The notes under the pieces: model-generated
The model's input: only the letters and a program-made list of their open reading frames with translations
Databases searched by the model: none
Told to the model about the DNA's origin: nothing
Shown here: positions 53,824 through 63,342 of the stretch, one piece after another
Layout of the letters: every line of letters starts with the position of its first letter
Position numbering within the stretch: the first letter of the stretch is position 1
Program-made: the position numbers and the translations under genes
From: Steroidobacteraceae bacterium
Lineage (GTDB): Bacteria; Pseudomonadota; Gammaproteobacteria; Steroidobacterales; Steroidobacteraceae
DNA: 64,000 nucleotides
Assembly: GCA_027531255.1 (NCBI GenBank)
Contig: JAPZRU010000004.1
Location: 44,381 to 108,380, forward strand
Reading direction: 5' to 3'

Positions 53824-56800
53824 TCACGGCGGCGGCTCCCCCGGCGCCCACTCGCGCCAGGCCGCGTGCAGCGGGAAGTACAGGCCGAGCCGGATCGGCC
53901 GCTCCGGCTCCTGCAGCCTCACGAGCGCCGCGTAGCGGTCCATCTGCGGGGTGTAGCGCCCGCGCTCGCGGTCGAGGAAGGCCTCCAGTTCCGCGCCCCC
54001 GTGAAAGCTGGTCTTGAAATCCACGATCCACCGCACGCCGTCCGAGTCCACGAACGTCCGGTCGATGGCCGCCACCGCAACCTCGCGGCCGACCAGGCCG
54101 GTCAACTGCAGCTCGCTTGCGGCCTCGCGGTGCGCGGCGTCGAACAGCCAGCGCCCGCGCGGGTCCGCACACACGTTGCCGAGCGCGTGGCGCACGCGCT
54201 CGACGGTCTCGGCGACCTGATCCGGGGCGAGCCCGAGTTCCCGCAGCCGACGCTCCCAAAGCGGCGCGCGCGCGCTCAGGGTCGGCTCGACCGCCGCGAG
54301 CCCGAGGCGGCCGAAGCGCTCCAGTTCCTCGTGCACCACGGTGCCGGCGTACCGGCCCGCGGCGGTCACCCACTCGAAATCCAGCGCGTCGGGCGCGAGG
54401 CCCGTGACCCGCTGCGGCGGCGCGGGCAACCGCTCCTCGGGCGGCGGCGGCACCCAGTCGTGCGGCAGGCGCAGCAGTTTCGTGCGCGGCATCGCGACCT
54501 GACCGGCGGCCTCCTCCGCCGTGCCGGCGAGTTCGACGGCGCCTGCGAGCACGTCGGGGCCGACTGCGTCCCACAGCGCGGCGAGCGCGGTGCGCCGACG
54601 CGGTGCCCGGAACTCCCCCGGCGCCGTCGCCTCGTTCTTCGGTTCGAGATGGCCGCAGAGGTGCAGACGCCGACGCGCGCGCGTGGCCGCTACGTAGAGC
54701 AGGCGCCCGAGTTCGTGGTCGGCGCGCTCGCCGTCGAGCCGGCGCAGCCACGCCTCGAGCTCGTCGCCGTCGGCCGAGCGCGCCTTCACGGGCGCGAGCA
54801 CGAGTCCCGGCCGCCCGTGCTCGCGCTCGAACTCGAGCCAGCGGATCAGCTGCGGCCGCTCGCCCGCCGTCGGCCGCGCGAGGCCGGGCACGATCACGAC
54901 GTCCCACTCGAGCCCCTTGGCGCGGTGGATGGTCATCAGCTGCAGTCGCTCGTCGGCGCCGGCATCGGGCGCCGCGTAGAGTTCCTCGAGCAGGTCCTCG
55001 AGCGCCGCCGGATCGTCGAGATCCCCGGCGCGTTCGGCGAGGTCGAGGCGCTCGAGGTACGTGCGGACGTCGTCGAGGTCCTGCGACTCGACGAGCGTCG
55101 CCGGCCCGCCGAGCTCGACCCACGTGGCCTCGACGAGCGCCGCGAGCGAGCGCCGGCCGCGATCCGCGAGCGCGGTCTCGAGCACCCGCGCGGTCCGCGC
55201 GACGCGCAGCGCCGCCTCCGCCGGCAATCGGGCGAGCCGGGACTCGTCGGCCACCAGGTCGCGCACGACCGACTGCGGCGCGTCGCCGAGCAGCCGGTGC
55301 AGCGCGGCGAGATCGAGGCCGCACCACGGCGCGCGCAGGCAGGCGAGCCACGCGGCGCGATCGGCGAGGTGGGTCAGCGCACGGGTCAGCGAGACGAGGT
55401 CGCGGACCGCGAGCCGGTCGGCGAGCGGCACGAGGTCGAGGCCCTGGTAACGCAGGCCCGCGCTGCCGAGCGCGCGGGCGATCGCCACGAGGTGACCGCG
55501 CGCGCGACCCAGTACCGCGATCGTGGCGCGCTCGTCGCGGGCCCGTTCGGCGCGGACGAGGTCTAGCACGCGCTGCGCCTCGAGCGCCGCATCGGCCTTC
55601 GGCAGGCCGTGGCACATCACGAACGCGTCCGGGTCGTCGCCGGCCTGGGCGCGCGAAGGCGCGTAGGCGACCGCGCCACGCGCCAGGTCGTCGGCCGGCG
55701 GCATCACGCGCGTGAACGCGCCGTTGACCCACTCCACGATGGCCGATTTCGAGCGGAAGTTGGCTTCGAGCACCAGCGACTCGAGCGGCAGCGCGCCCAG
55801 CCCCTCGCGTCGGATCTTCAGGAACAGCGCGACGTCCGCCTCGCGGAAGCGGTAGATCGACTGCATCGGGTCGCCGACCAGGAAGATCGTGCGGCCGTCG
55901 CCCCGCTCCCATCCCGCCGTCAGCCGCGTGAGCAGCTCGACCTGGGCGCTCGAGGTGTCCTGGAACTCGTCGACGAGCACGTGACGGATGCGGTAGTCGA
56001 GCGCGAGTGCGAACTCGCTCGGCTCCTCCGCGGTGCCGAGCGCCTGCAGCGCCGCGCGCGAGACCGCGACGAAGTCGACCTGGCCGCGCGCCGCGAACAC
56101 GAGTTCGAGCTCCGCGGCCGCAACGATCAGCACGTCGAGCAGCGCGTCGAGCACCGCCCACTGGGCGTCCGCGTAGCGCGCGGCGGGCAGCCCGCGCAGC
56201 CCGAGCAGCGCCTCGCGCAGGCCCGGTTGCCCGTTCAGTTCCCCGAGCAGCCGCAGGAACGCCTGCTTCGGCTCCTTCGGCCGTGGCGGGAAGCCGAGCC
56301 GCGCGTCCACGGTCTTGCGCCACTGGCCTTCGCCCGTGAGCAGGAAGTCGCCGAGCCGCTGCCACGCGGCGAGACCCCCGGGCGTACCGGGCGGCAGCGC
56401 GGTCAGCGTGGCGACGCACCGCCAGCGCTCGTCCGAATCGGCGAGCCGCGCGGCGGCGCCCGCACACAGGCTCACGAACTCGGTCCCGTGCGTGGCCGGA
56501 AACCGGCGCGCCGCACTCGCGACCGCAGCGGCGACGAGGCTCGCGAGCGACTCCTCCAGCGCGGCCCGCACCTCGGGACCCCGGCGAGTCTCGCCGCCGG
56601 CTCCGACGAGCCTCAGCCAGTGGTCGCGACGGCCGAGCAGTTCCGCGAGCATCCGCTGCAGCTGGGCGACGTCGTTGTCGAGGTGCGCGAGCACGACGGC
56701 GAGCCGCTCGGCGACGGGCCCGTCGTCTTCGAGCGCGGCGACCACGCGCCCCGCAGCTTCCGCGTGGAGTTCGGCCGGCCGCTCGTGGACGGTCGGCGCC

Positions 56801-57321
56801 GCGCCGGCGCGCGACAGCACCGGCAGGCGCTGTGCGAGCCACTGGTTCAGCGAGTCGATCGTCTGGATGCGCAGGCGCGTCGGCTGCTCGATCAGCGCCC
56901 ACCCGCGCGCGTCACCCCGGGTCAGCACCGCGCGGGCCAGCGCGAGCGAGCGGGCGTCGTTCGGGTTCTTCGGCACCTCGCGACGCCCTGCGCGCGCCAG
57001 CGCGTCGAGGATGCGGTGTCGCATCTCGGCCGCGGCCTTCCGCGTGAACGTGATCGCCAGCACCTCCTCGGGCCGCTCGGCCGTGCCGAGCAGCGCCAGG
57101 AACCGCTGCGCCAGGAGCGTCGTCTTGCCCGAGCCGGCGGGCGCCTGGACGATGAAGGAGCGCGTGGGATCGAGCGCCGCCTCGCGCGCGAGTGCGTCCG
57201 GCGGCGCATCCGCAGGCCGTGCCGGCACGCCCGTCTGCGGCCCTATGTCCGGCCGAGCGGCCGCGAAGTCGTCCGGAGACTCGGCCGCGAGCGGCTCACT
57301 GGCCACGCGCACCCTCCCCAC
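53824..57321 (-). CDS. addA: UvrD/AddA-type helicase-nuclease (double-strand break repair)
   Basis: 1165 aa with Walker A APAGSGKTT, UvrD helicase motifs (ITFTRKAAAEM, VDEFQDTS, TIHRAKGLEW) and a C-terminal PD-(D/E)XK module (IDRTFVDSDGVRWIVDFKT). Confidence 0.8.
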   Translation of the reverse strand: MGRVRVASEPLAAESPDDFAAARPDIGPQTGVPARPADAPPDALAREAALDPTRSFIVQAPAGSGKTTLLAQRFLALLGTAERPEEVLAITFTRKAAAEMRHRILDALARAGRREVPKNPNDARSLALARAVLTRGDARGWALIEQPTRLRIQTIDSLNQWLAQRLPVLSRAGAAPTVHERPAELHAEAAGRVVAALEDDGPVAERLAVVLAHLDNDVAQLQRMLAELLGRRDHWLRLVGAGGETRRGPEVRAALEESLASLVAAAVASAARRFPATHGTEFVSLCAGAAARLADSDERWRCVATLTALPPGTPGGLAAWQRLGDFLLTGEGQWRKTVDARLGFPPRPKEPKQAFLRLLGELNGQPGLREALLGLRGLPAARYADAQWAVLDALLDVLIVAAAELELVFAARGQVDFVAVSRAALQALGTAEEPSEFALALDYRIRHVLVDEFQDTSSAQVELLTRLTAGWERGDGRTIFLVGDPMQSIYRFREADVALFLKIRREGLGALPLESLVLEANFRSKSAIVEWVNGAFTRVMPPADDLARGAVAYAPSRAQAGDDPDAFVMCHGLPKADAALEAQRVLDLVRAERARDERATIAVLGRARGHLVAIARALGSAGLRYQGLDLVPLADRLAVRDLVSLTRALTHLADRAAWLACLRAPWCGLDLAALHRLLGDAPQSVVRDLVADESRLARLPAEAALRVARTARVLETALADRGRRSLAALVEATWVELGGPATLVESQDLDDVRTYLERLDLAERAGDLDDPAALEDLLEELYAAPDAGADERLQLMTIHRAKGLEWDVVIVPGLARPTAGERPQLIRWLEFEREHGRPGLVLAPVKARSADGDELEAWLRRLDGERADHELGRLLYVAATRARRRLHLCGHLEPKNEATAPGEFRAPRRRTALAALWDAVGPDVLAGAVELAGTAEEAAGQVAMPRTKLLRLPHDWVPPPPEERLPAPPQRVTGLAPDALDFEWVTAAGRYAGTVVHEELERFGRLGLAAVEPTLSARAPLWERRLRELGLAPDQVAETVERVRHALGNVCADPRGRWLFDAAHREAASELQLTGLVGREVAVAAIDRTFVDSDGVRWIVDFKTSFHGGAELEAFLDRERGRYTPQMDRYAALVRLQEPERPIRLGLYFPLHAAWREWAPGEPPP

Positions 57322-59986
57322 CCTCCGCCTCGACCTCGCCTTCCGCTTCCGTCACGCGGTTCTCGACGCGGCAGAAGCCGCCGAGGCTGCAGTAGCGGCA
57401 TGCGCCTTCGGCCGGGTCGACGTCGGCGTGTCCCGCGGCGTACGCCTCGGCCAGCCCGACGGTCACTCGCCGCCACTCGTCGATAAGGTTGTCCCATGGC
57501 CGATCGCGCAGCGCGTCGTGCCGGAACTCCGCCGTCGTGCGCGTCCCCGGCACGAGCGCAGGCTTCGCGGCGAGACCGCTGAAGCCCGGCTCCGCGCACG
57601 CCACTCGCGCGAACGCGACCACGACCGGCGTCTCCGGCAGGTGCGCGGCGTAGGCCGGCAGCTGCGGCTGGTCGGGCCGGTCGCCGGTCCACCGCATCGG
57701 ATCGGCCCGGCCGGTCTTGTAGTCGATCAGCACGGTCGTGCCGTCCTCGAGCCGGTCGAGGCGGTCGACTCGGACCTCGAGCCGCCGCTCGCCGAGGCGC
57801 AGCGTGCGCTCGGCCTCCCGTTCGATCACGACGAACGGCGCGCGCGCGAGTTCGATCTCGAGCAGCGCGAGCATCGCGCGCTGCAGCCACGCGCGCTCGA
57901 GCGCGTGCAGTCGCGTGCGGCGCCGGTCATCCCCGAGCGCTGCGAAGGCTTCCTCGATCGCGGTCCGTACCGCGCGCTCGCGGCCCTCCGGCCCGAGCGC
58001 CACGAGCGCCGCGTGCGAACGCACGTCGCGCCACAGGGCCGCCTGCGCGGCGTGCGCGAGCTGGCCGCGCTCGCGCGGGTCGAGGCCCAGGCGAGGCCGC
58101 TCCAGTGGCTTCGCGCCGAGGCGCTGCTCGGCGCCGGCGCGGAAGGGGCACAGCGACTGCAGCTCGAGCACGCTCACGCCGCCCAGCAGCGGCTCGCCGT
58201 CCGGCAGCCGCGGCAGCGGCGTGTCCGTCCAGGGCTCGAGCCGTGCGGCGGCGCGTACCGCCACCGTGCGTGGCGTGACGTGCGGCGGCAGTTCCAGCGG
58301 AGTGCCGCGCGGCAGCAGCGCGCTCGGCAGGCGGTCACCGTCGGCATCGCGCTCGGGCCAGCTCAGCACCACCTCCGTCGCCGATCGCAGCCAACCGGCG
58401 AGCGACCGTCGCGCACCGTCGAGCTCCTGCTCGGCAGAGGCGTGCGGCAGCCGGAAGTCGCGCTGCACATGGACCGGCAGGAACGGGTCTGGCGCCGCCG
58501 CTACCGGGAAGCGGTCCGCGGTCAGGCCGGCGATCCAGAGGCCGTCGAGGGCGAGGCCGGGCTCGACGAGCGACTCCAGGAACACCACCGAAGGGTCGCC
58601 CGCCTCCGGCTGGAACGCCATCTCCGCGGCCGCGGCGCGCAACTCTTCGAGCGCCTCCGCCAGCGTGATCGGCGGCAGCACGCGCTCGAGCGCGCCCATC
58701 GCCGACAGCACCTCGTGGAACTTGCGCGCGGTCTGGTACTCGGTGCTGGCGAGCGTGCGGCCCTCGGGCCAGCCGGCCTCGAGCAGCGCGCGCTCCATGG
58801 CGGTGGCCCACTGCGCGGCGCTCCTTCGCACGTCCCGCGGCAGCAGATCGCGGACCCGCTGCAGCGACGCCGCGAGTTCGGGACAGCCGAAGCTCTCGCC
58901 GGCGGCGAGCGTGCGCAGCCACTCGGTGCGCACCTGCGGCTCGCCGACGCGCCGCAGGTAAGCGTCGAGGCGCGCGCGCCGCGAGGCTTCCGTCGCCGCG
59001 CCGCGCAGGTAGGGCGAGCGCAGCACGCGGCCGGCGACCGCGAGATCCACGCGCTCGCGCGCGAAACCGAGCAGCAGCAGCGCCGCGTCCACGACTGCGT
59101 AGTCCCTGAGGCGCGGGCCGGCCGCGAGCGCGTACGGACGGTCGTCCTCCGCCCCCGGCGCGAGCAGGGCCGGCTGCAGGCGGTCGTCCATCACCCGCCG
59201 CACGGTCGCCCAGCGTCCCGCGAGATCCGGCACGATCACCGCGAGCCGCGCTGCGGGATTCTCGCGCAGGCGCGCGACGATCCACGCGGCGATGGCCTCG
59301 AGTTCGAGCTCCGGCGAGCCGGTCGCGAGCGTGTGCAGCCGGCGGCACGGCTGGTCCACCGCGAGTTCCACGGTGCGCCGGCCGGCGCGCTTGACCGCCT
59401 CCATCAGTTCCCGGCGCGCCGGCGCCACCGCCTCGAAACCGTGGAAACCGAGCGGCCCGTCGAACGTCGCGGCCTCGTCGCTCCTCGCGAGTCGCGGTGC
59501 CTCGGCCGCGAGCTCCGCGTACAGCCGTGCGGGGTCGAGCCAGGCGTGCTCGGTACAGCGGTCCATCCAGGTCCTGGCCCAGCCGAGGAACGCGCTCTGC
59601 TCGTGCGTGCCGGGCGCGAGGTCCGCGAGGTCGAGTCGCCATTCGTGCGCGAGCGCCCACGCATTCGCCGCGGCGCGACCCGCGGCGCGCGGGTCGAGGA
59701 GAGTCTGACCGGTCGGGCTCTCCGCGACGATGCGCTCCCACGCGCGTCCGGCCGCGAACGAGTCCAGGAGGACGGCGCCCGAACGCGACTCGCGCGCGAG
59801 CGTGCGCCAGGAACGGTCGGCCCAGGTCGCCCACGGCTGGATGCGCGGCGTGCGCCAGACCGCGCGGCCGGCCTCGCACTGCCGCAGCGTGTAGGCGCGC
59901 GCGAGCTCCTGGGCCTGGCGGCGCGTCGCGGTGACGATCTCGCCGCCGACGTCGAGCAGTTCGAAGTGCGCGCGGAAGCCGCTCAA
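57296..59986 (-). CDS. addB: AddB-like PD-(D/E)XK nuclease partner subunit
   Basis: 896 aa with a TTG start and no earlier ATG or GTG in frame. C-terminal nuclease (VDRLDRLEDGTTVLIDYKTG) followed by the Cys cluster CRYCSLGGFCRV (Cx2Cx5C). Overlaps addA by 26 nt. Confidence 0.7.
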   Translation of the reverse strand: MSGFRAHFELLDVGGEIVTATRRQAQELARAYTLRQCEAGRAVWRTPRIQPWATWADRSWRTLARESRSGAVLLDSFAAGRAWERIVAESPTGQTLLDPRAAGRAAANAWALAHEWRLDLADLAPGTHEQSAFLGWARTWMDRCTEHAWLDPARLYAELAAEAPRLARSDEAATFDGPLGFHGFEAVAPARRELMEAVKRAGRRTVELAVDQPCRRLHTLATGSPELELEAIAAWIVARLRENPAARLAVIVPDLAGRWATVRRVMDDRLQPALLAPGAEDDRPYALAAGPRLRDYAVVDAALLLLGFARERVDLAVAGRVLRSPYLRGAATEASRRARLDAYLRRVGEPQVRTEWLRTLAAGESFGCPELAASLQRVRDLLPRDVRRSAAQWATAMERALLEAGWPEGRTLASTEYQTARKFHEVLSAMGALERVLPPITLAEALEELRAAAAEMAFQPEAGDPSVVFLESLVEPGLALDGLWIAGLTADRFPVAAAPDPFLPVHVQRDFRLPHASAEQELDGARRSLAGWLRSATEVVLSWPERDADGDRLPSALLPRGTPLELPPHVTPRTVAVRAAARLEPWTDTPLPRLPDGEPLLGGVSVLELQSLCPFRAGAEQRLGAKPLERPRLGLDPRERGQLAHAAQAALWRDVRSHAALVALGPEGRERAVRTAIEEAFAALGDDRRRTRLHALERAWLQRAMLALLEIELARAPFVVIEREAERTLRLGERRLEVRVDRLDRLEDGTTVLIDYKTGRADPMRWTGDRPDQPQLPAYAAHLPETPVVVAFARVACAEPGFSGLAAKPALVPGTRTTAEFRHDALRDRPWDNLIDEWRRVTVGLAEAYAAGHADVDPAEGACRYCSLGGFCRVENRVTEAEGEVEAEGGEGARGQ

Positions 59987-59987
59987 C

Positions 59988-61256
59988 TCAGCCCTTCGCG
60001 ACGACCTTCAGGCCGCCTGCCGCCGAGGCGCGACGCGCGTCCGCGTACACGTCGAGCTGCGACTCGATCCGGCCGAACACGTCGCGCAGCACCTCGGGTT
60101 CCGGCAGCAGCGTGACGCGGAAGTGCGTGTTGTACGGCGCGTTGAAGCTCGTGCCCGGGGCGACGACCACGTGCTTGTGCTCGAGCAGGTCCATCGCGAA
60201 GGACTGGTCGTCGAAATCCGGCAGCACGTCGCGCTTCACGCCGATGAAGGCGTACATCGCCCCCATGGGCCGCGTCAGGTGCAGGTACCTGCTCGCGTCG
60301 ACGGCGTCGAGGATCGCCCGGCGCGACTGGTACAGCCGCCCGCCGGGCTTCACGATATCGCGGATGCTCTGGTAGCCGCCGAGAGCGGTCTGCACCGCCC
60401 ACTGGCCCGGCACGTTGCTGCAGAGGCGGAGCGAGCTCAGCAGTTCGACGCCCTGGACGAACTCCTGCGTGCCCTCCTTCTCGCCGGTCAACACCACCCA
60501 GCCGACCCGGAAGCCGCAGGCGCGGTAGATCTTCGAGAGCCCCGAGAACGTCGCACACAGGGTATCGTGCACGAGCGTCGCCATCGGCACGTACTGTGCG
60601 CCGTCGTAGGTCATCTGGTCGTAGATCTCGTCCGCGAGCACGACCAGCCTGTGGCGCTCCGCGAGCCGCGCGATGCCCTCCAGCACCTCGCGCGAATACA
60701 CCGCGCCGGTCGGGTTGTTCGGGTTGATCACGACGATCGCACGCGTGCGCCGGGTGATCAGCTTCTCGATCTCCTCGAGATCGGGATTCCAGCCGTTCGA
60801 CTCGCGGCACGGATAGTGGACCGCCTTGCCGCGGTTCAGGATCGTCGCCGCGGTCCAGAGCGGGTAGTCCGGGCTCGGCACCAGCACCTCGTCGCCGTCG
60901 TTCAGCAGCCCGCGGAGCACGAGGTCGATCAGTTCCGACACACCGTTGCCCATGAAGACGTCTTCGACGGTGACGTTGCGCAGCCCGCGCTCCTGCTGCT
61001 GCATCACCACGGCCTCGCGCGCCGGGAAGATGCCCTTCTGGTGCACGTAGCCCTCGGCCTGGCGCAGGTTCTCGATCATCGCGAGGCGCATCGTCTCGGG
61101 TGTGCGGAAGCCGAACGCGCCTGGATTGCCGATGTTCAGCGACACGATGTCGTAGCCGAGCTTCTCCATCTCGTGGGCGCGACGGGCGAGCTGGCCGCGG
61201 ATCTCGTAGCGGACGTTGGCGAGCGCGGAACTGGCGCGTAGACGCGGCGTGGTCAT
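59988..61256 (-). CDS. alaA: PLP-dependent aminotransferase, AlaA/YfbQ-like alanine transaminase
   Basis: In ORF 59988..61301 the start is ATG 61254-61256. Contains VRYEIRGQLARRAHEMEKLGYDIVSLNIGNPGAFGF, NPNNPTGAVY and the SGLSKIYRACGFRVGW PLP-lysine motif. Confidence 0.8.
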   Translation of the reverse strand: MTTPRLRASSALANVRYEIRGQLARRAHEMEKLGYDIVSLNIGNPGAFGFRTPETMRLAMIENLRQAEGYVHQKGIFPAREAVVMQQQERGLRNVTVEDVFMGNGVSELIDLVLRGLLNDGDEVLVPSPDYPLWTAATILNRGKAVHYPCRESNGWNPDLEEIEKLITRRTRAIVVINPNNPTGAVYSREVLEGIARLAERHRLVVLADEIYDQMTYDGAQYVPMATLVHDTLCATFSGLSKIYRACGFRVGWVVLTGEKEGTQEFVQGVELLSSLRLCSNVPGQWAVQTALGGYQSIRDIVKPGGRLYQSRRAILDAVDASRYLHLTRPMGAMYAFIGVKRDVLPDFDDQSFAMDLLEHKHVVVAPGTSFNAPYNTHFRVTLLPEPEVLRDVFGRIESQLDVYADARRASAAGGLKVVAKG

Positions 61257-61415
61257 GGGGGCCTCGGGCGGCGGGACACGGCAAGGATCGAGACCGCCCA
61301 AGCATACTCCAACCGCCGGCGGCAGTCGGCCGGAAACCCTTTTCGCTCCGTGACTTGGAGCCCGCCCCTGGGGCGGTGGCGGCGGCTTCGGCCGGCCCGC
61401 GGGGCCGGGCAGCCG

Positions 61416-62639
61416 TCAGCCGACGACGCCGCGCGCGCGCAGGGCGGCGATCTCGTCGCCGGACAGGCCGAGTTCGGCCTGCAGCACGTCGTCGGTGTGC
61501 TGTCCGAGCAGGGGCGGCGGATCGCGGTACTCGAGCCGGCTGCGCGAGTAGACGACCGGGTTGCGCACCTGCGGCACCGTGCCCGACAGCGGGTGAGGCA
61601 GCTCGAAGCGCATCGCGCGGTGCTTGACCTGCGGCTCGTCGAACACCTGCGCGAGGTCGTTGATGGGTCCGCACGGCACGCCGGCCGCGGTGAGTGCGTC
61701 GAGCCACTCGCGCGTGCCGCGGGTGCGGAGCACGGCCTGCACCTCCGGCACCAGCGTCGCCCGGTGCGCCACGCGGCTCGCGTTGGTCCGGAACCGCGGA
61801 TCGGTGGCGAGGTCCTCGCGGCCGGCGACCGCGCAGAAGCTCGCGTACTGCCGGTCGTTCCCGACCGCCAGCATCAGGTGGCCGTCGGCGGTTGCGAAGG
61901 CCTGGTAAGGCACGATGTTCGGATGCGCGGTGCCCTGCCGGCGCGGCGGCCTGCCGCCGACCAGGTAGTTCATGTTCTGGTTCGCGAGCCAGGCGACCTG
62001 CGTGTCGAGCAGCGCGAGGTCGACGTACTGACCGCGGCCCGAGGACTCGCGCTCGTACAGCGCGGCCGTGATGGCGCCGACCGCGTACATCCCGGTCATC
62101 AGGTCGACGACCGCGACGCCGACCTTCTGCGGACCGCCGCCCGGCTCGCCGTCCGGCACGCCGGTGAGACTCATCAGGCCGCCCTTGCCCTGGATCATCG
62201 CGTCGTAGCCAGGACCCTCGGCCTCGGGGCCGTCCTGCCCGTAGGCGGAGATGGAGCAATACACGAGCCGGGGATTGAGCGGCTCGAGGTCCGCCCAGGC
62301 GAGGCCGTAGCGCGCCAGGCCGCCGACCTTGAAGTTCTCGACCAGGACGTCGGCGCGGCGTACCAGTTGTCGGACGAGCTGCTGACCGTCAGGCTGCGCG
62401 AGATCGATCGCGAGCGAACGCTTGCCGCGGTTCGCCGCCAGGTAGTATGCGGACTCGCGCGTCTCACGGCCCTCGCGGTCCGCAAGCCACGGGGGCCCCC
62501 AGGCACGGGTGTCGTCGCCGACGTCGGGCCGTTCGATCTTCCAGACCGTGGCCCCGAAATCGGCGAGCGCCTGGGTGGCCCACGGCCCCGCCAGCACCCG
62601 GCTCAGGTCCAGCACCTTCAGGCCCTGCAGCGGTCCCAC
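61416..62639 (-). CDS. CaiB/BaiF family (class III) CoA-transferase
   Basis: In ORF 61416..63335 the start is GTG 62637-62639 (VGPLQGLKVLDLSRVLAGPWATQALADFGATVWKIERP...). Also contains DVLVENFKVGG and GYDAMIQGKGGLMSLTG. Confidence 0.85.
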   Translation of the reverse strand: MGPLQGLKVLDLSRVLAGPWATQALADFGATVWKIERPDVGDDTRAWGPPWLADREGRETRESAYYLAANRGKRSLAIDLAQPDGQQLVRQLVRRADVLVENFKVGGLARYGLAWADLEPLNPRLVYCSISAYGQDGPEAEGPGYDAMIQGKGGLMSLTGVPDGEPGGGPQKVGVAVVDLMTGMYAVGAITAALYERESSGRGQYVDLALLDTQVAWLANQNMNYLVGGRPPRRQGTAHPNIVPYQAFATADGHLMLAVGNDRQYASFCAVAGREDLATDPRFRTNASRVAHRATLVPEVQAVLRTRGTREWLDALTAAGVPCGPINDLAQVFDEPQVKHRAMRFELPHPLSGTVPQVRNPVVYSRSRLEYRDPPPLLGQHTDDVLQAELGLSGDEIAALRARGVVG

Positions 62640-62840
62640 GCGATCCTCCGTGCGCCCGCGCCGGGACGACGGTGCCCGGCCGGCGCGCTGGACTATATGC
62701 CAGCCGCCGCGCAACCGCCGACGCACCGGCGCGGCGGGCCTGCGATCCACCTCACGGACGGCCGCGCCCCGGCCCCCGGGATTCGTGAATCCGCGTGGCA
62801 TAATGCGTGCGAAACTGCATTTGCACCGAACGAGGCCACC

Positions 62841-63317
62841 GTGTCCGAGATCAAGAAGGCGATGCCGCTGCTGTCCTCCAACGAGGGCGTCTGGGAGGGC
62901 TGGTACCGCTACTACGACGAGAACGGCGCCAAGATCGACGAGCACCGCTCGCGGCTCGTCTGCCGCTTCCCGGAGAGCGGGCCGTACCCGTACCACCAGA
63001 CCAACTACTACACGTGGGAGAACGGCAAGAAGGAGGTCCGCGACTTCCCGGCCACGTACCGTGACGGGCGCGTCTGGTTCGACAACGAACTGATCTCGGG
63101 CTGGGCCGCCGAGGTGCCGCTCGACGAGCACCGCCGCACGACGATGCTGTACTGGGTCCGCAAGGGCGAGCCCGATACGTACCTCTACGAAATGATCCAG
63201 AACAGCGACTGCGGCAAGTTCCGGACGCGCGTCTGGCAGTGGATCCGCAGCGGGCAGATCCGCATGCGCACGCTGATCGACGAACACAAGGTTTCCGATT
63301 CCTGGGCCGGTCTCTGA
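62841..63317 (+). CDS. hypothetical protein (about 158 aa), aromatic-rich, possibly lipocalin-like beta-barrel
   Basis: In ORF 61350..63317 coding bias starts at GTG 62841 (or ATG 62862). Sequence reads ...NEGVWEGWYRYYDENGAKIDEHRSRLVCRF...YHQTNYYTWENGK.... No confident family. Visibly less GC-rich than its neighbours. Confidence 0.5.
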   Translation: MSEIKKAMPLLSSNEGVWEGWYRYYDENGAKIDEHRSRLVCRFPESGPYPYHQTNYYTWENGKKEVRDFPATYRDGRVWFDNELISGWAAEVPLDEHRRTTMLYWVRKGEPDTYLYEMIQNSDCGKFRTRVWQWIRSGQIRMRTLIDEHKVSDSWAGL

Positions 63318-63342
63318 CGGCAAACCCCGGAGCACTCACACC

